Shown here one piece after another: positions 21,029 through 30,556 of a stretch of DNA of 64,000 nt. Position numbers and translations under genes: made by a program. The DNA lies in assembly GCA_000002445.1 (NCBI GenBank), contig CP000067.1, positions 768,001-832,000 of the forward strand, in the 5' to 3' direction. Source of the DNA: Trypanosoma brucei (lineage: Eukaryota). Below the pieces are notes generated by a model that made no database searches, was not told where the DNA came from, and worked only from the letters and a program-made list of their open reading frames with translations. Position 1 is the stretch's first letter; each line of letters begins with the position of its first letter.

Positions 21029-21789
21029 AGCGCCGTTTGAGCGTGTGATTGGGGTTATCTGACGCAACTTTCTTTTTATTTCTTACGTGTCTTCCCCTAA
21101 GCACACACACACACGCACACAAACCTTCTCCCAGCTGTGTCTGTTTCCGGATAGTGGGGAGGGAAAAAAGAGTGGCTCTGTCAATCTGATTTGAATAACG
21201 CCTCTATCGAGGATTTGGCATGGCCTCATCCGAAGCTGCGGGAGGTTCGTACGGCGCTGTTTCACGGATGCCGCGGAAGGGCGATCCATAGAGGAACGCA
21301 TATTGTTCCTTTTTTTTTTTTCCTCCTCCTACCCTTTATATTGTGTCCCGTTTGTCCTCTTATCACCTCTCATGATAGTTGTAGTGTTCTTGTTTGCAAA
21401 TGCATCCCGTTCCGACGTGTGTCTTAGGCAAAGGAAAGATGCTGTGTGGAAATGTGAATTGGTATCGTCAAGTAACTGCGGTACTGCAGATAAGTTTCGT
21501 GGCATTAGTCTTGTTCATAATCCTTTTTTTTCTTTTCATTCGTTGACTAGAATTAAGAGAGGGAGTTGGGAAGAGCGGCTCATCAGTCCGAAGAGTAAAA
21601 AAATAGCGTATTTCATCGCTTACATAAGGTAGCCACATAGATGAGTAAATAGACGTGGTAGCGCCTGTCGGTGGGTATATAGTGTCTTCGTTTCTTAAGG
21701 GGGTAAACATCTCCGTAATATTTATCCTACTTCAAGAGGAGGAACTCTCTAACCCCCTTATACAAACAAGAATGAAAGAGGGAAAGAAT

Positions 21790-21827
21790 AAGAGAGAGAG
21801 AGAGAGTGTGTGTGTGTGTGTGTGTGA
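21790..21827. repeat. compound microsatellite (GA)8(TG)12
   Basis: agagagagagagagagtgtgtgtgtgtgtgtgtgtgtg, read directly in the intergenic region between the J-domain gene and gene 22179. Confidence 0.9.
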
Positions 21828-22178
21828 TGGAAAGGGGGTTGAGCCCCATTTTGTGACTCGCAAGTCTCGTTTCACCGTTTGTGTTTTTTTTTCCCTCTGC
21901 TGCCGGGTTTACAACCACAATTACCACATACACCTCGTCCCCAGCTGTGGTTGTGGCTCCCTACTTCACCATCTTCCCCCCCCCCATACATACACTTGTA
22001 TTCGTTGTATGTTATGTTCTTATTAACTTTTATTGTTCGTGTGTTGGCGGAAACGGCTGCATACATGTATAAACATGAAATCCCTTCGTATCTTCCTTCT
22101 TTGCATCTCTACCACCTGAAAGACACCATCGCCGTCTCCGCTGTGTTTATTAGGTGGTGTGTCTCAGTAGCGGCAGAA

Positions 22179-22838
22179 ATGGGGCTCGTGCACAGTGACT
22201 CGCAGCCGTCTGCATGGAGCTCACACATAAATTGGTTTAAGTCCTTTGGTTTCGGTGCCTCTCAAGATGATGATATCTTGGGCTCACCAGTCAGTAGAGG
22301 TGAACTGCAGGCCGCGGAACAAATACAGACGGAGTTTACCAGCCTCGACCACGAGGCGGAGTACGTCAATGAAAGGCTACGAAGATGTGAGGAGGCATTA
22401 GTGGCAGTGTTGGAAAAAGAGAAAATTCTGAGTCAAGGTGTGGAAGCGATCATGATGGAGATGCATGACTATACTGCTGCGGGAGGGTCCGAGTGGAGCG
22501 AAAGTGACCTGGAGAGGTTTCGTGAAAATCAACAAAGTGTTGACTCGGTGTTGAAGATACTCGAAGAGATCCGGGAGAAAAGGGAACACCTGCAGCAGCG
22601 TATCTTCAAAACAGAAGTTTACTCACGGCTCTTGGAGGCAGAGCGGAAGGAAGCGGAGAAGACGTTGGATGCCGTGAGGAGAAGTGTGGGGGATCGCACA
22701 GGATACATCGCCGTGGAGGGAGGAAATGAAAGTACTTTGGTCATCCCACCCGCACCACTGGTTGTGAGTATTGTTGAAGAATTTAGGAACGAGGTGGTGA
22801 ATGAGGAGCCGTCAAGCACGCTGGCGTCATTAATCTGA
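22179..22838 (+). CDS. hypothetical coiled-coil protein (about 219 aa) with an N-terminal MGxxxS motif (candidate N-myristoylation)
   Basis: The ORF-track start at 21879 lies inside a polypyrimidine tract (21880-21990), and that upstream part is low-complexity Pro/Leu sequence. The first ATG after the tract is at 22179 (MGLVHSDS...). Downstream is an acidic coiled-coil-like sequence (EAEYVNERLRRCEEALVAVLEKEKIL...). Confidence 0.45.
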   Translation: MGLVHSDSQPSAWSSHINWFKSFGFGASQDDDILGSPVSRGELQAAEQIQTEFTSLDHEAEYVNERLRRCEEALVAVLEKEKILSQGVEAIMMEMHDYTAAGGSEWSESDLERFRENQQSVDSVLKILEEIREKREHLQQRIFKTEVYSRLLEAERKEAEKTLDAVRRSVGDRTGYIAVEGGNESTLVIPPAPLVVSIVEEFRNEVVNEEPSSTLASLI

Positions 22839-23021
22839 TTGCTACTTGCTATGCGCCGTCAGGCGGGGGTGTGCACGCGGACACCTCTGTGATCGTTTAG
22901 TGTAAAAGTGGCGTAAATCCATCATTCGTGATTTGTTGGGTTACAAGTACTGGGTTACCCGGAATCTTCCTTGCTGTATCTGGGAAAGTTTTGCTTTACC
23001 TATCTGTATATTTACATGAGG

Positions 23022-23076
23022 ATATATATATATATATATGTGTGTGTGTAGGCAAGTGTGTGTGTGTGTGTGTGTC
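23022..23076. repeat. compound microsatellite (TA)n(TG)n...(TG)n
   Basis: atatatatatatatatatgtgtgtgtgtaggcaagtgtgtgtgtgtgtgtgtgtgtc, read directly, intergenic. Confidence 0.9.
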
Positions 23077-23218
23077 GTTTTATTGGGGAACTGAAGGGTG
23101 GTCACTTCGTTATGCAATCTAATCGTAGACATCAACATTTGTCTTCTCTTCTTTATTACTTATAAAAAGAAGCATCTGTAGCGCGCCGTTTCCTGTTGGG
23201 CGGATATACGGCAGAGGA

Positions 23219-26200
23219 ATGTCTCTTTCCCTGGGTTGTAGGGATGATTCACTAACTCCTGTTCCAAGAAGCTCTGGGGAGACTGCAAGTAATGTGTACA
23301 CAGTTGAGCAGTACACAAAACTTCTTTCCAAATACGAGGCGGCTCGGCGTCACATTGCTCAACTAGAGGGAAAGGTGGCATTACTACGGCAACAGTCAAA
23401 TAGTGGGGGTGATAAACAACCTCTCTCACCCAGGTCACAAGGCTACGGATGTGGGACGGAATACACTCCATCTAGGGAGGAGTTTCAGCAAGTAATAGAT
23501 TGGAACAAGGAACTTGTCAGTACCGTGGAGACGCAACGGTGTGAATTGGTGAGAATGGATACCGAAAATAAATTGCAGGTGGTTATGTTGAACGATGAGC
23601 TGAAGAGGCTGCAGGAGACGTGTGCTCGGCTTCAGCAGGAGAATGACAGACTGAAGTCAAGTGTTGTTGACGACATTCTTCAACGGCGTCGCAAAGCTCG
23701 CGCGGAGCTGGCAACAGAAAGGTCCAGACGCATTTGTGTTGTCCGGGCTGCCGGTAGAGGCCGACTGGAGCAGCTTGAAGGGGTACTGATGGCGTCGCAT
23801 GACGACATGTATTTCCAACCTCGCTTCGACTCGTTAAGGCTACCGTTGCATGATGCAACTTTCGTCGTTCACACTGTGGCCAGTGTAACGTATCCCCTCC
23901 GAGGGACAGAGGGTTTTACCATGGGTGTGTACCATGAACTTTTGAAGGACCTCGCGGTGAAGCACAACGGCCATCACGTTTGCTTCGAAGGACACCTTCA
24001 GGTGTTTGTCTTTTATTGTGCAACTCACGCCCTGAGGTTTGCGGGGGAGTGTCACTCGGCCCTTCTGAAAGTTGACTGGCCAGCGCGCACAATAAAGATC
24101 CCTCACTTTGCACCCGTCACGGACTTTGGTGAATTGATTTACAGTGGCCCACGCATTCACACGTGCCTGTACACGTGCAGCCCGGGGGTGGAAGTAGATC
24201 CAATCACTGGCTCCTGGTTGTACTACGGAAAGGAAGTTCGTGATGCGTTGGTGACAACGCTTGAGGAAGCACCAGTCGGCGAAATTGTAGCCAACAAAAA
24301 GTGGTGTTCAATGTTCTCGAGGGAGCACGACATCACAAACGAGACGACCACCACGGATCATCTAACTATTCAATCCGTCCGAGCAAAATTAGGCGCCCAG
24401 TGGAGTATCGTGCCCGTAAACGATTCTCCCAATGAACTTTTCTGTTCCATTCTTCCCGCGTTCCTGGAACGGCGCCGCGGAATACCGCCGTACATGGTTG
24501 ACCCAGTACCTCGTTTTGCGCGTAAAATAATAGATGTGAAGGAAGTTGTGCCTGACGTCATCGGGGTAATGAAGGGAGTCGGGCCCGTGAGTTTGGCAGG
24601 GGCTACTCAGCAGGGACAACAACCCGCACCCGCCAATGGTTGGGTGGATCATCTCAACACCTTGTCCCCTAGTGAAGAGGGAGTAGGTGATAAGGTGCTC
24701 TCACTACTAATAATGAAGAACGAAAAGGATAGGGCTCAGCACGAGTGGCTTAAACTCCAGGAAGTAAGTGCCTATCATGAAAGAGTTGCCATGGAGGGAG
24801 AAGATCGATACATCCATCGATTTCGGCCGATTATGCCGGGGCAACCTTGTTTCGTATGCACGGTTGATATTGGCGAAAACGAGGCGTGGCAACAAGTCAT
24901 TGGTGGAAAGCTAAGTGTTAATGAAAAGCTTGACTTACATGACCGGCTTCACTGTGAGGTAGTGGCGTGCGGAGATAGAAACGACGGACTCTACGTGAAT
25001 GGAAACAGTCGCGATGTGGTGACATTTGCATTTCACCAGGCATGTCAGGCCCTTCGCTTCGCAGCCCAGGCGTATGCGTCTGTGAGCAAGTCGTGTGAAC
25101 TAAAGAAAACAACAACGTGTATTGTACGGGCAGGAATCGCCGTGGGAGAGATTCATACGATAGGTCATGGTTCCAGTAGGGCATTGAAGGGCCGCACCAG
25201 TGATGATGGTGAAGCCGGTAACACTGGATCAGGAGGAAGGATGGGCAGCATGAGGTTATGCGCGGGGGTGGCAGTGACCCTGTCAGCCAAGTTGTGCGAT
25301 ATTGCCCGCGGCGGTGAAATTATTGCCTCGGCAGGTGTAGTAGACAGCTTCTACACGAAAAAGTCTAACGTCATAAGTGATGAATACAACATTCTACGCT
25401 ACGGAGTGCGATTTCTCGGAGAGGGCTCAACCCTGACAGATATCTACTCTATTTTGCCCAAGGAATATGCCTACCGTCGCCAACAGCAAATGGGTGACAA
25501 ACGCACGGTTCAGGGTGCTGGTGAGGAAAAAATGTGGCGCTCACAACGATCCGTGAAGGAAGAGCTGGTGTTTAAAAGCCCGCACATCCGGCGGGTGGAT
25601 GTACAGCACATGTTAGTGGAAAAGCAGGGTTTTCTCGAACGCAACGAGGCAGCAATGATGGCGTTGCACGATGCGGCATGGCACGTCAGCGTCAGGCAGG
25701 CAATCCGTGTGCCATGGTTGTTTACGCAAACATCAAGAGATGCTACGAAAAAGAGAAAATTGGGCTTTCTTTTCTGCGCCGCTGCGGGTCTAAGCGCACT
25801 CTCCCGCTTAGTAACAAATGAGTTGTATAAAGAACTCTGTGGGCAGTATAACTCTACGGTGCAGGAGGTCGCATTGGCAAATGATGGATATGTTGTCAAC
25901 ACAGACTCCATTTCGTCGTATATCATTGCGTTCAATGATGCTTTCCGTGCGCTGGAAGCTGCACTGCAGATTGATAGTAAGTTGCTGGCGCTACAGTGGC
26001 CGGAGGAGATTCTTACACTGGCACCGACGCTGCGCGTAAAAAGTGCTCGCACAGGCGTTCTTCTCTTTAGTGGAATTCGTGCAACGACGGTGGTGCATGC
26101 TTCTGACGGATACGAGTGGAATCGTGTACAATCTAGCACAGGGGAAGACAGTGGTATTGAAATTTCTGGCCCCGCAATCAGCACGTTGATGGACGTGTCA

Positions 26201-27088
26201 TACAGAGCAATTGGTGGTGAAGCTGCTCTAACTCAGGCTGCACACGAGTCTGTTGAGTCCTCGACACGGGGAAGGCTTCTTCTGAAGCAACTCGCCATGG
26301 AGGTGGCTGAAGATAACAACAGCAAGACAGAAGTCTTATACGCCCCGCGACACTTGCGGGAGCGGCTCAAACTGTTTAGCAGCGAACGAGCCACTTCACC
26401 GGCGCCGGCAGGGACCGACCGTAGGTCCAAAACCCCAAAAAGTGTCTGGACAAACAATCCTTTGCGGGGGGACTTGGTGTGGTGGATGAGAAGGAACGGT
26501 TTTGCTAGCCAGCTTCCCACAGTGCATGCAGCGCAGTGGGCAGCACCGCAAAAGCAACAATGTAGGAGCACTGATGCCATCATGTCAGAATATACAGAGC
26601 GAGTAGTCGATCACTTCAAACAGGAACTAGCAACAAACCTCTACATCACCTCTTGCGGAGAGTGTTTCTTCAACGTGGTAATTGGAGTGCTTGTTGCACT
26701 AAGCGGCTCTTTTGGAAACCTCTCGCCCAGTCGAAGAACAAGTCTCCCATCCAGAGCAAGCTCATCCGGGGCGTGTGCGTCATCACCATCAACCTGGGGT
26801 GTGCTGGATCCAGCGCTCACAATGAGTATGGGAAGTGAAGGATTATCAAGATCTAGTGGACGAAGGGACAATCGCCAATCGTCCCAGCAAAGCGCCGCAG
26901 ACGAATGTGATGACCCTTATAAGTACACGCTTACCGTGTTAAATGAGACACTGAAGCACCTATTACAGCAGTCACATCGTGTATTGGGCATTAACGTGTC
27001 ATTTTCTTTTAGCCCGATAAAACCGAACTCTCAAACCTTCAGTCCTTTGAGGGGTCGAAGGAATAAATTGCCCTTACTCAAGCGATAA
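23219..27088 (+). CDS. Large protein (1289 aa) with two degenerate class-III nucleotidyl-cyclase homology domains (pseudo-cyclase-like), no predicted TM or extracellular receptor domain
   Basis: ATG at 23219. The first CHD-like segment is DATFVVHTVASVTYPLRGTEGFTMGVYHELLKDLAVKHNGHHVCFEGHLQVFVFYCATHALRFAGECHSAL, which parallels the Hxx...KTIGDAYM...HA...A...M pattern but with substituted metal/catalytic positions. The second is TCIVRAGIAVGEIHTIGHG...MRLCAGVAVTLSAKLCDIARGGEIIAS, which parallels VRIGIHSGPVVAGVIG...YDVWGDTVNTASRMES.G.PG.I.VS with N->L and R->K at transition-state positions. An N-terminal coiled coil spans residues about 20-150. Confidence 0.6.
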   Translation: MSLSLGCRDDSLTPVPRSSGETASNVYTVEQYTKLLSKYEAARRHIAQLEGKVALLRQQSNSGGDKQPLSPRSQGYGCGTEYTPSREEFQQVIDWNKELVSTVETQRCELVRMDTENKLQVVMLNDELKRLQETCARLQQENDRLKSSVVDDILQRRRKARAELATERSRRICVVRAAGRGRLEQLEGVLMASHDDMYFQPRFDSLRLPLHDATFVVHTVASVTYPLRGTEGFTMGVYHELLKDLAVKHNGHHVCFEGHLQVFVFYCATHALRFAGECHSALLKVDWPARTIKIPHFAPVTDFGELIYSGPRIHTCLYTCSPGVEVDPITGSWLYYGKEVRDALVTTLEEAPVGEIVANKKWCSMFSREHDITNETTTTDHLTIQSVRAKLGAQWSIVPVNDSPNELFCSILPAFLERRRGIPPYMVDPVPRFARKIIDVKEVVPDVIGVMKGVGPVSLAGATQQGQQPAPANGWVDHLNTLSPSEEGVGDKVLSLLIMKNEKDRAQHEWLKLQEVSAYHERVAMEGEDRYIHRFRPIMPGQPCFVCTVDIGENEAWQQVIGGKLSVNEKLDLHDRLHCEVVACGDRNDGLYVNGNSRDVVTFAFHQACQALRFAAQAYASVSKSCELKKTTTCIVRAGIAVGEIHTIGHGSSRALKGRTSDDGEAGNTGSGGRMGSMRLCAGVAVTLSAKLCDIARGGEIIASAGVVDSFYTKKSNVISDEYNILRYGVRFLGEGSTLTDIYSILPKEYAYRRQQQMGDKRTVQGAGEEKMWRSQRSVKEELVFKSPHIRRVDVQHMLVEKQGFLERNEAAMMALHDAAWHVSVRQAIRVPWLFTQTSRDATKKRKLGFLFCAAAGLSALSRLVTNELYKELCGQYNSTVQEVALANDGYVVNTDSISSYIIAFNDAFRALEAALQIDSKLLALQWPEEILTLAPTLRVKSARTGVLLFSGIRATTVVHASDGYEWNRVQSSTGEDSGIEISGPAISTLMDVSYRAIGGEAALTQAAHESVESSTRGRLLLKQLAMEVAEDNNSKTEVLYAPRHLRERLKLFSSERATSPAPAGTDRRSKTPKSVWTNNPLRGDLVWWMRRNGFASQLPTVHAAQWAAPQKQQCRSTDAIMSEYTERVVDHFKQELATNLYITSCGECFFNVVIGVLVALSGSFGNLSPSRRTSLPSRASSSGACASSPSTWGVLDPALTMSMGSEGLSRSSGRRDNRQSSQQSAADECDDPYKYTLTVLNETLKHLLQQSHRVLGINVSFSFSPIKPNSQTFSPLRGRRNKLPLLKR

Positions 27089-27638
27089 GTAGAGAGGCGA
27101 ACCGAGAGGGAAGGAAATTCGCACGCATGGGTGCCCAACACCCGTCTGAGTAAATATCAGTGCGCTACTGACGTTGTTGTCACGTATGGTTAATGCGTCG
27201 GTGATACGAGTAGGTGCACGCAGCCGATGAACAGCGGGCAGAACATATGTAAATTCGGCAAAAGAAGAAAATGTGAGTGGAAAGTTAGAACAAACTGACT
27301 AGATGGAAAGGGAGGGGGAGAGTGTATCCGTATGTATATTGAATAGCCGGTGTGTATGTGACTCCCCTTCCTGTTCTTCACAAGCTTGAGAGACTCATTT
27401 TTCCCACATATACAATTGGAATTGTACATGTTTTGTCGTCAGGCCGCTTCTTGTAGTGTAAAAAAACTGTTACTCGGAACTCGTGCTTGCAGCCGATGCC
27501 ATATCAACTAACATTCCTCTCTTCTTGATTTGCCTTCTCAATTTCCTTGATTATCTTGGATGTGTTTACTGACTGATCGTAGTAGGGCCTAAATCAGTTC
27601 TGTTGAAGGCAGTTGCCCCTACACACTGCCACACCCAC

Positions 27639-28943
27639 ATGGACAGCCAAGCACGGGCGGGAAAGAGTATTCTCCACAAAGGAATCCCGAGGTACCGGCA
27701 GGCCGCACATGTGAGGCGCGGGGATGAGGAAGCCTTAGGTCATGTGGCTGGCTCTGGCGCCAAGGTACCATTGCGCACTCACACGATAACCTCAGGTCGG
27801 TTGCGGATCAAGACGTACCAAGACACTCAAAGCATGCGTGAGGCTTTTGAGCGACTGAAACAAATCTGTGGTGCCTTCTCACTCGACGAAGATGAAGAAA
27901 TCAGCTGCATGATCCCCCGAGTGTGCGATAGTGGCAACCCAGCGCCGGCGCAGTTGAACCGCATGCCGGGCCATCTCATTGTACACTGTTTTTCGTTTTG
28001 TGATTTGTCGTCGCTTGGACAGCTATCACGCGTGAGTCGCCGCCTGGCAGCGTTCGCCAACGCTCATCATATATGGGTGGAGCACGCGAAGCGGTTGAAC
28101 AAACCAGTCAGAGGACCAGAAACAGCACGCGCCGATCTCCGCTTTGAGGTGTGTGGCCGGTGGGATGCGGAAATACAAGAACACGAACAGGCATATGAGG
28201 ATTTGCAGAGGCGGCTCCAGGAAAGGGCAGCAGCAGAGCGAGCCGCTGTGCTCGATGTCGAGGGTGTTCTGAACGAAAACAGACGCAATGTAAGAGGTGG
28301 TGATATACTCCGCAGTAGAGGTAGCAACAATAGCAACATATATAGCGTGGCGGACGTGCAGGCGCTACAAGCAAAAGTAGAGCAACTTGAGGCGGTGAAG
28401 CTAGAACTTCTACGCAGCGTGCGGGACCTTGGAGATATTTTGGCCCAACAGCAGGCACAGATACAAGACATGCAAAATAGGCTAGCGGTCCGCGTGACTG
28501 CGGAGGGAGATGTAGTTACCACCACAAGTAGTTGCAACACGGTCGATGGAACCGCAACTCATGTCAGTCCCCCTGAGTTAACGTTGCACGAACTTACGAA
28601 CTTCGAACGCCGCATGTGCCGTTTGGTCCTTGGCACCATCCCCGATCTCTCCGTCGTTCTGCGTCGCGGTGTTGATGACTTCGGTACTATGGAGATGCTC
28701 GTGCAGCACAGCGGCGGTGAGCTGGAGAGCGGAATTCGTAAGCGCTGGCAAGCGTTTAAGAGTTTCTTCCCTCCGCTGTCCAACGACTACAGCAAAGCGC
28801 GGTTTTATTTGTTGTCAGGCGAGTCGGCGCAATCGGAACGCAGGAATGAGTCTATCACTCGTTGTAGCGCAATCGTTCGCCGCCTGATGAAAATGTCAGA
28901 CAGCGAAATCACCGATATTGTGATGCAAAGCGGCTCTTCGTAG
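27639..28943 (+). CDS. hypothetical protein with an F-box-like motif followed by a coiled coil (about 434 aa)
   Basis: The ORF-track start at 27603 is a TTG; the first ATG at 27639 follows polypyrimidine tract 27514-27560. The F-box-like segment is GHLIVHCFSFCDLSSLGQLSRVSRRLAAFANAHHIWVEHAKRL. A coiled-coil region follows (EQHEQAYEDLQRRLQERAAAERAAV...VEQLEAVKLELLRSVRDLGDIL). Confidence 0.5.
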   Translation: MDSQARAGKSILHKGIPRYRQAAHVRRGDEEALGHVAGSGAKVPLRTHTITSGRLRIKTYQDTQSMREAFERLKQICGAFSLDEDEEISCMIPRVCDSGNPAPAQLNRMPGHLIVHCFSFCDLSSLGQLSRVSRRLAAFANAHHIWVEHAKRLNKPVRGPETARADLRFEVCGRWDAEIQEHEQAYEDLQRRLQERAAAERAAVLDVEGVLNENRRNVRGGDILRSRGSNNSNIYSVADVQALQAKVEQLEAVKLELLRSVRDLGDILAQQQAQIQDMQNRLAVRVTAEGDVVTTTSSCNTVDGTATHVSPPELTLHELTNFERRMCRLVLGTIPDLSVVLRRGVDDFGTMEMLVQHSGGELESGIRKRWQAFKSFFPPLSNDYSKARFYLLSGESAQSERRNESITRCSAIVRRLMKMSDSEITDIVMQSGSS

Positions 28944-29539
28944 GATGATTGAGATTCCTGTTACATCACTATTTTCTTAAGCTGTACACTAACACACGAA
29001 CATATTGCACATCCGTCTTGTTGCCCCTAATATGAAGGGGAGGGTATTGGTCGTGGCAAACAACGATATTATAATAGCTGATACTTTTTCCCTTCCGCCG
29101 AAGTTTTGTGACTGTCCCAGGAATTGTCGCTGGTGCAACACACTGTGTGGACTATATGCGGACCCATCCCTGAAACCTTACCCCTAAGTCCTCCACGATA
29201 ACGTGCATGCGCCCAGGTGCCCCACACTCAATTATTTTCTCCCCTTGCTTGTGACGTTTACTTGGTTATTACTTGGTATGTTCGGCTTTGAAAGCCGTAC
29301 TTTGCAAGCGGCGACACGATTGGGGGATCCTCGAAGAAGGGGAACAATTCCCTTTGCAAGGGCCACAGTGAGAAAGCACACGGAAGGTAGAAGCAAAAAA
29401 AAAAAAAAAGACCCCCTCTCTTGACCACAGGGGCCTCCACAGTTGAAAAGGAAAAGAAAGGGAAGAAGGTATCCATTACCACTTGAAGGGGTTTCTCGCA
29501 ACGCTTCTGTGTACAGGAGTGAGTATTAGTACGGCATAA

Positions 29540-30154
29540 ATGCTAAGAAGATGGTCTGAATGTGGTCGCTTTTCCACCACACTGAGTTGGTGCGCGGCCA
29601 ACCCAGTAGGTCGGCAACAAACGAGACGTGTAAGTGGTGAAACGACCGCTAAGGACGCCAGCGTCGACTCGACAGGCGACGAAGATAAGGACAAGGAGGC
29701 ACAATATCGTGAGCGGCTAATCCAGGAAATTCTATCGCGTGATAAGGAAATATTTGAGCTGAAACGACAGCACGAGCTCTCTATGCTTCGGGTGGAGCAG
29801 AACCAGAAGCGAGTTCTGAAAGATCAGGAGGACCGCGGTATGTATTACGAGCAGAACTGCAATGTTCATACATTTGACACAGTTTCAGTTGGCCTGTACA
29901 CACAGCGTAACACACTATATCACACGATGAGCATTGAACGGCTACGGAACGTTAAGTTGTTCACAACACTCTTAGTTACAGTGCTCACATGCTTTTATCT
30001 CTACTATCGCTATATGATTAACAACGACTGGGTGTACGTGGAGAAACCCATGAAGCTGCTCGGAAGTCGTGCTTGCGCGCTGAGTGAGATCCGGGAAAAA
30101 ATGGGGGAGCAACAAGAGGAAAAAGAGCACCGGGAACGACGATTTGCTGCATGA
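29540..30154 (+). CDS. hypothetical protein (204 aa): presequence-like N-terminus, coiled coil, single C-proximal TM helix
   Basis: ATG at 29540. The N-terminus MLRRWSECGRFSTTLSW is basic, hydroxylated and lacks acidic residues. There is a coiled-coil stretch (QYRERLIQEILSRDKEIFELKRQHELSMLRVEQNQKR) and a hydrophobic segment LFTTLLVTVLTCFYLYY near the C-terminus. Confidence 0.5.
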   Translation: MLRRWSECGRFSTTLSWCAANPVGRQQTRRVSGETTAKDASVDSTGDEDKDKEAQYRERLIQEILSRDKEIFELKRQHELSMLRVEQNQKRVLKDQEDRGMYYEQNCNVHTFDTVSVGLYTQRNTLYHTMSIERLRNVKLFTTLLVTVLTCFYLYYRYMINNDWVYVEKPMKLLGSRACALSEIREKMGEQQEEKEHRERRFAA

Positions 30155-30556
30155 GATGGTGAGAGTGGAAAATCATCTCTTCCTCCAGACGTGAGGGTAT
30201 TGACCGCGGCTCCTGTGGGAAAGTTGTAGCAGTTTCTCTTTTTCAACCCAGTTCGTTAACTGGGTTTCTCCCCCATCCTCCCACAGCGCCTTGTGCGTGC
30301 TGATGCTCTCTTCCCTTAATAAATACGATGCAGTGACCTAGACACTCACGAACACACTTGAGAACTGTGCACGTTTGTTTTCGCTGTCGCTGCGCACACA
30401 CACACATTCATATTCACATACATGCAACCCCTCAATTGCTTCAAAAACGTCTAGCACTAGTTTTCCGTCTGTGGGGCCAGGGGACACCCGCGCAGTGGAA
30501 TCACGCCGCTTTATAACCGCGGGGCGAGACTTTTTTAGCGGTGTTGTGGAAGTATT

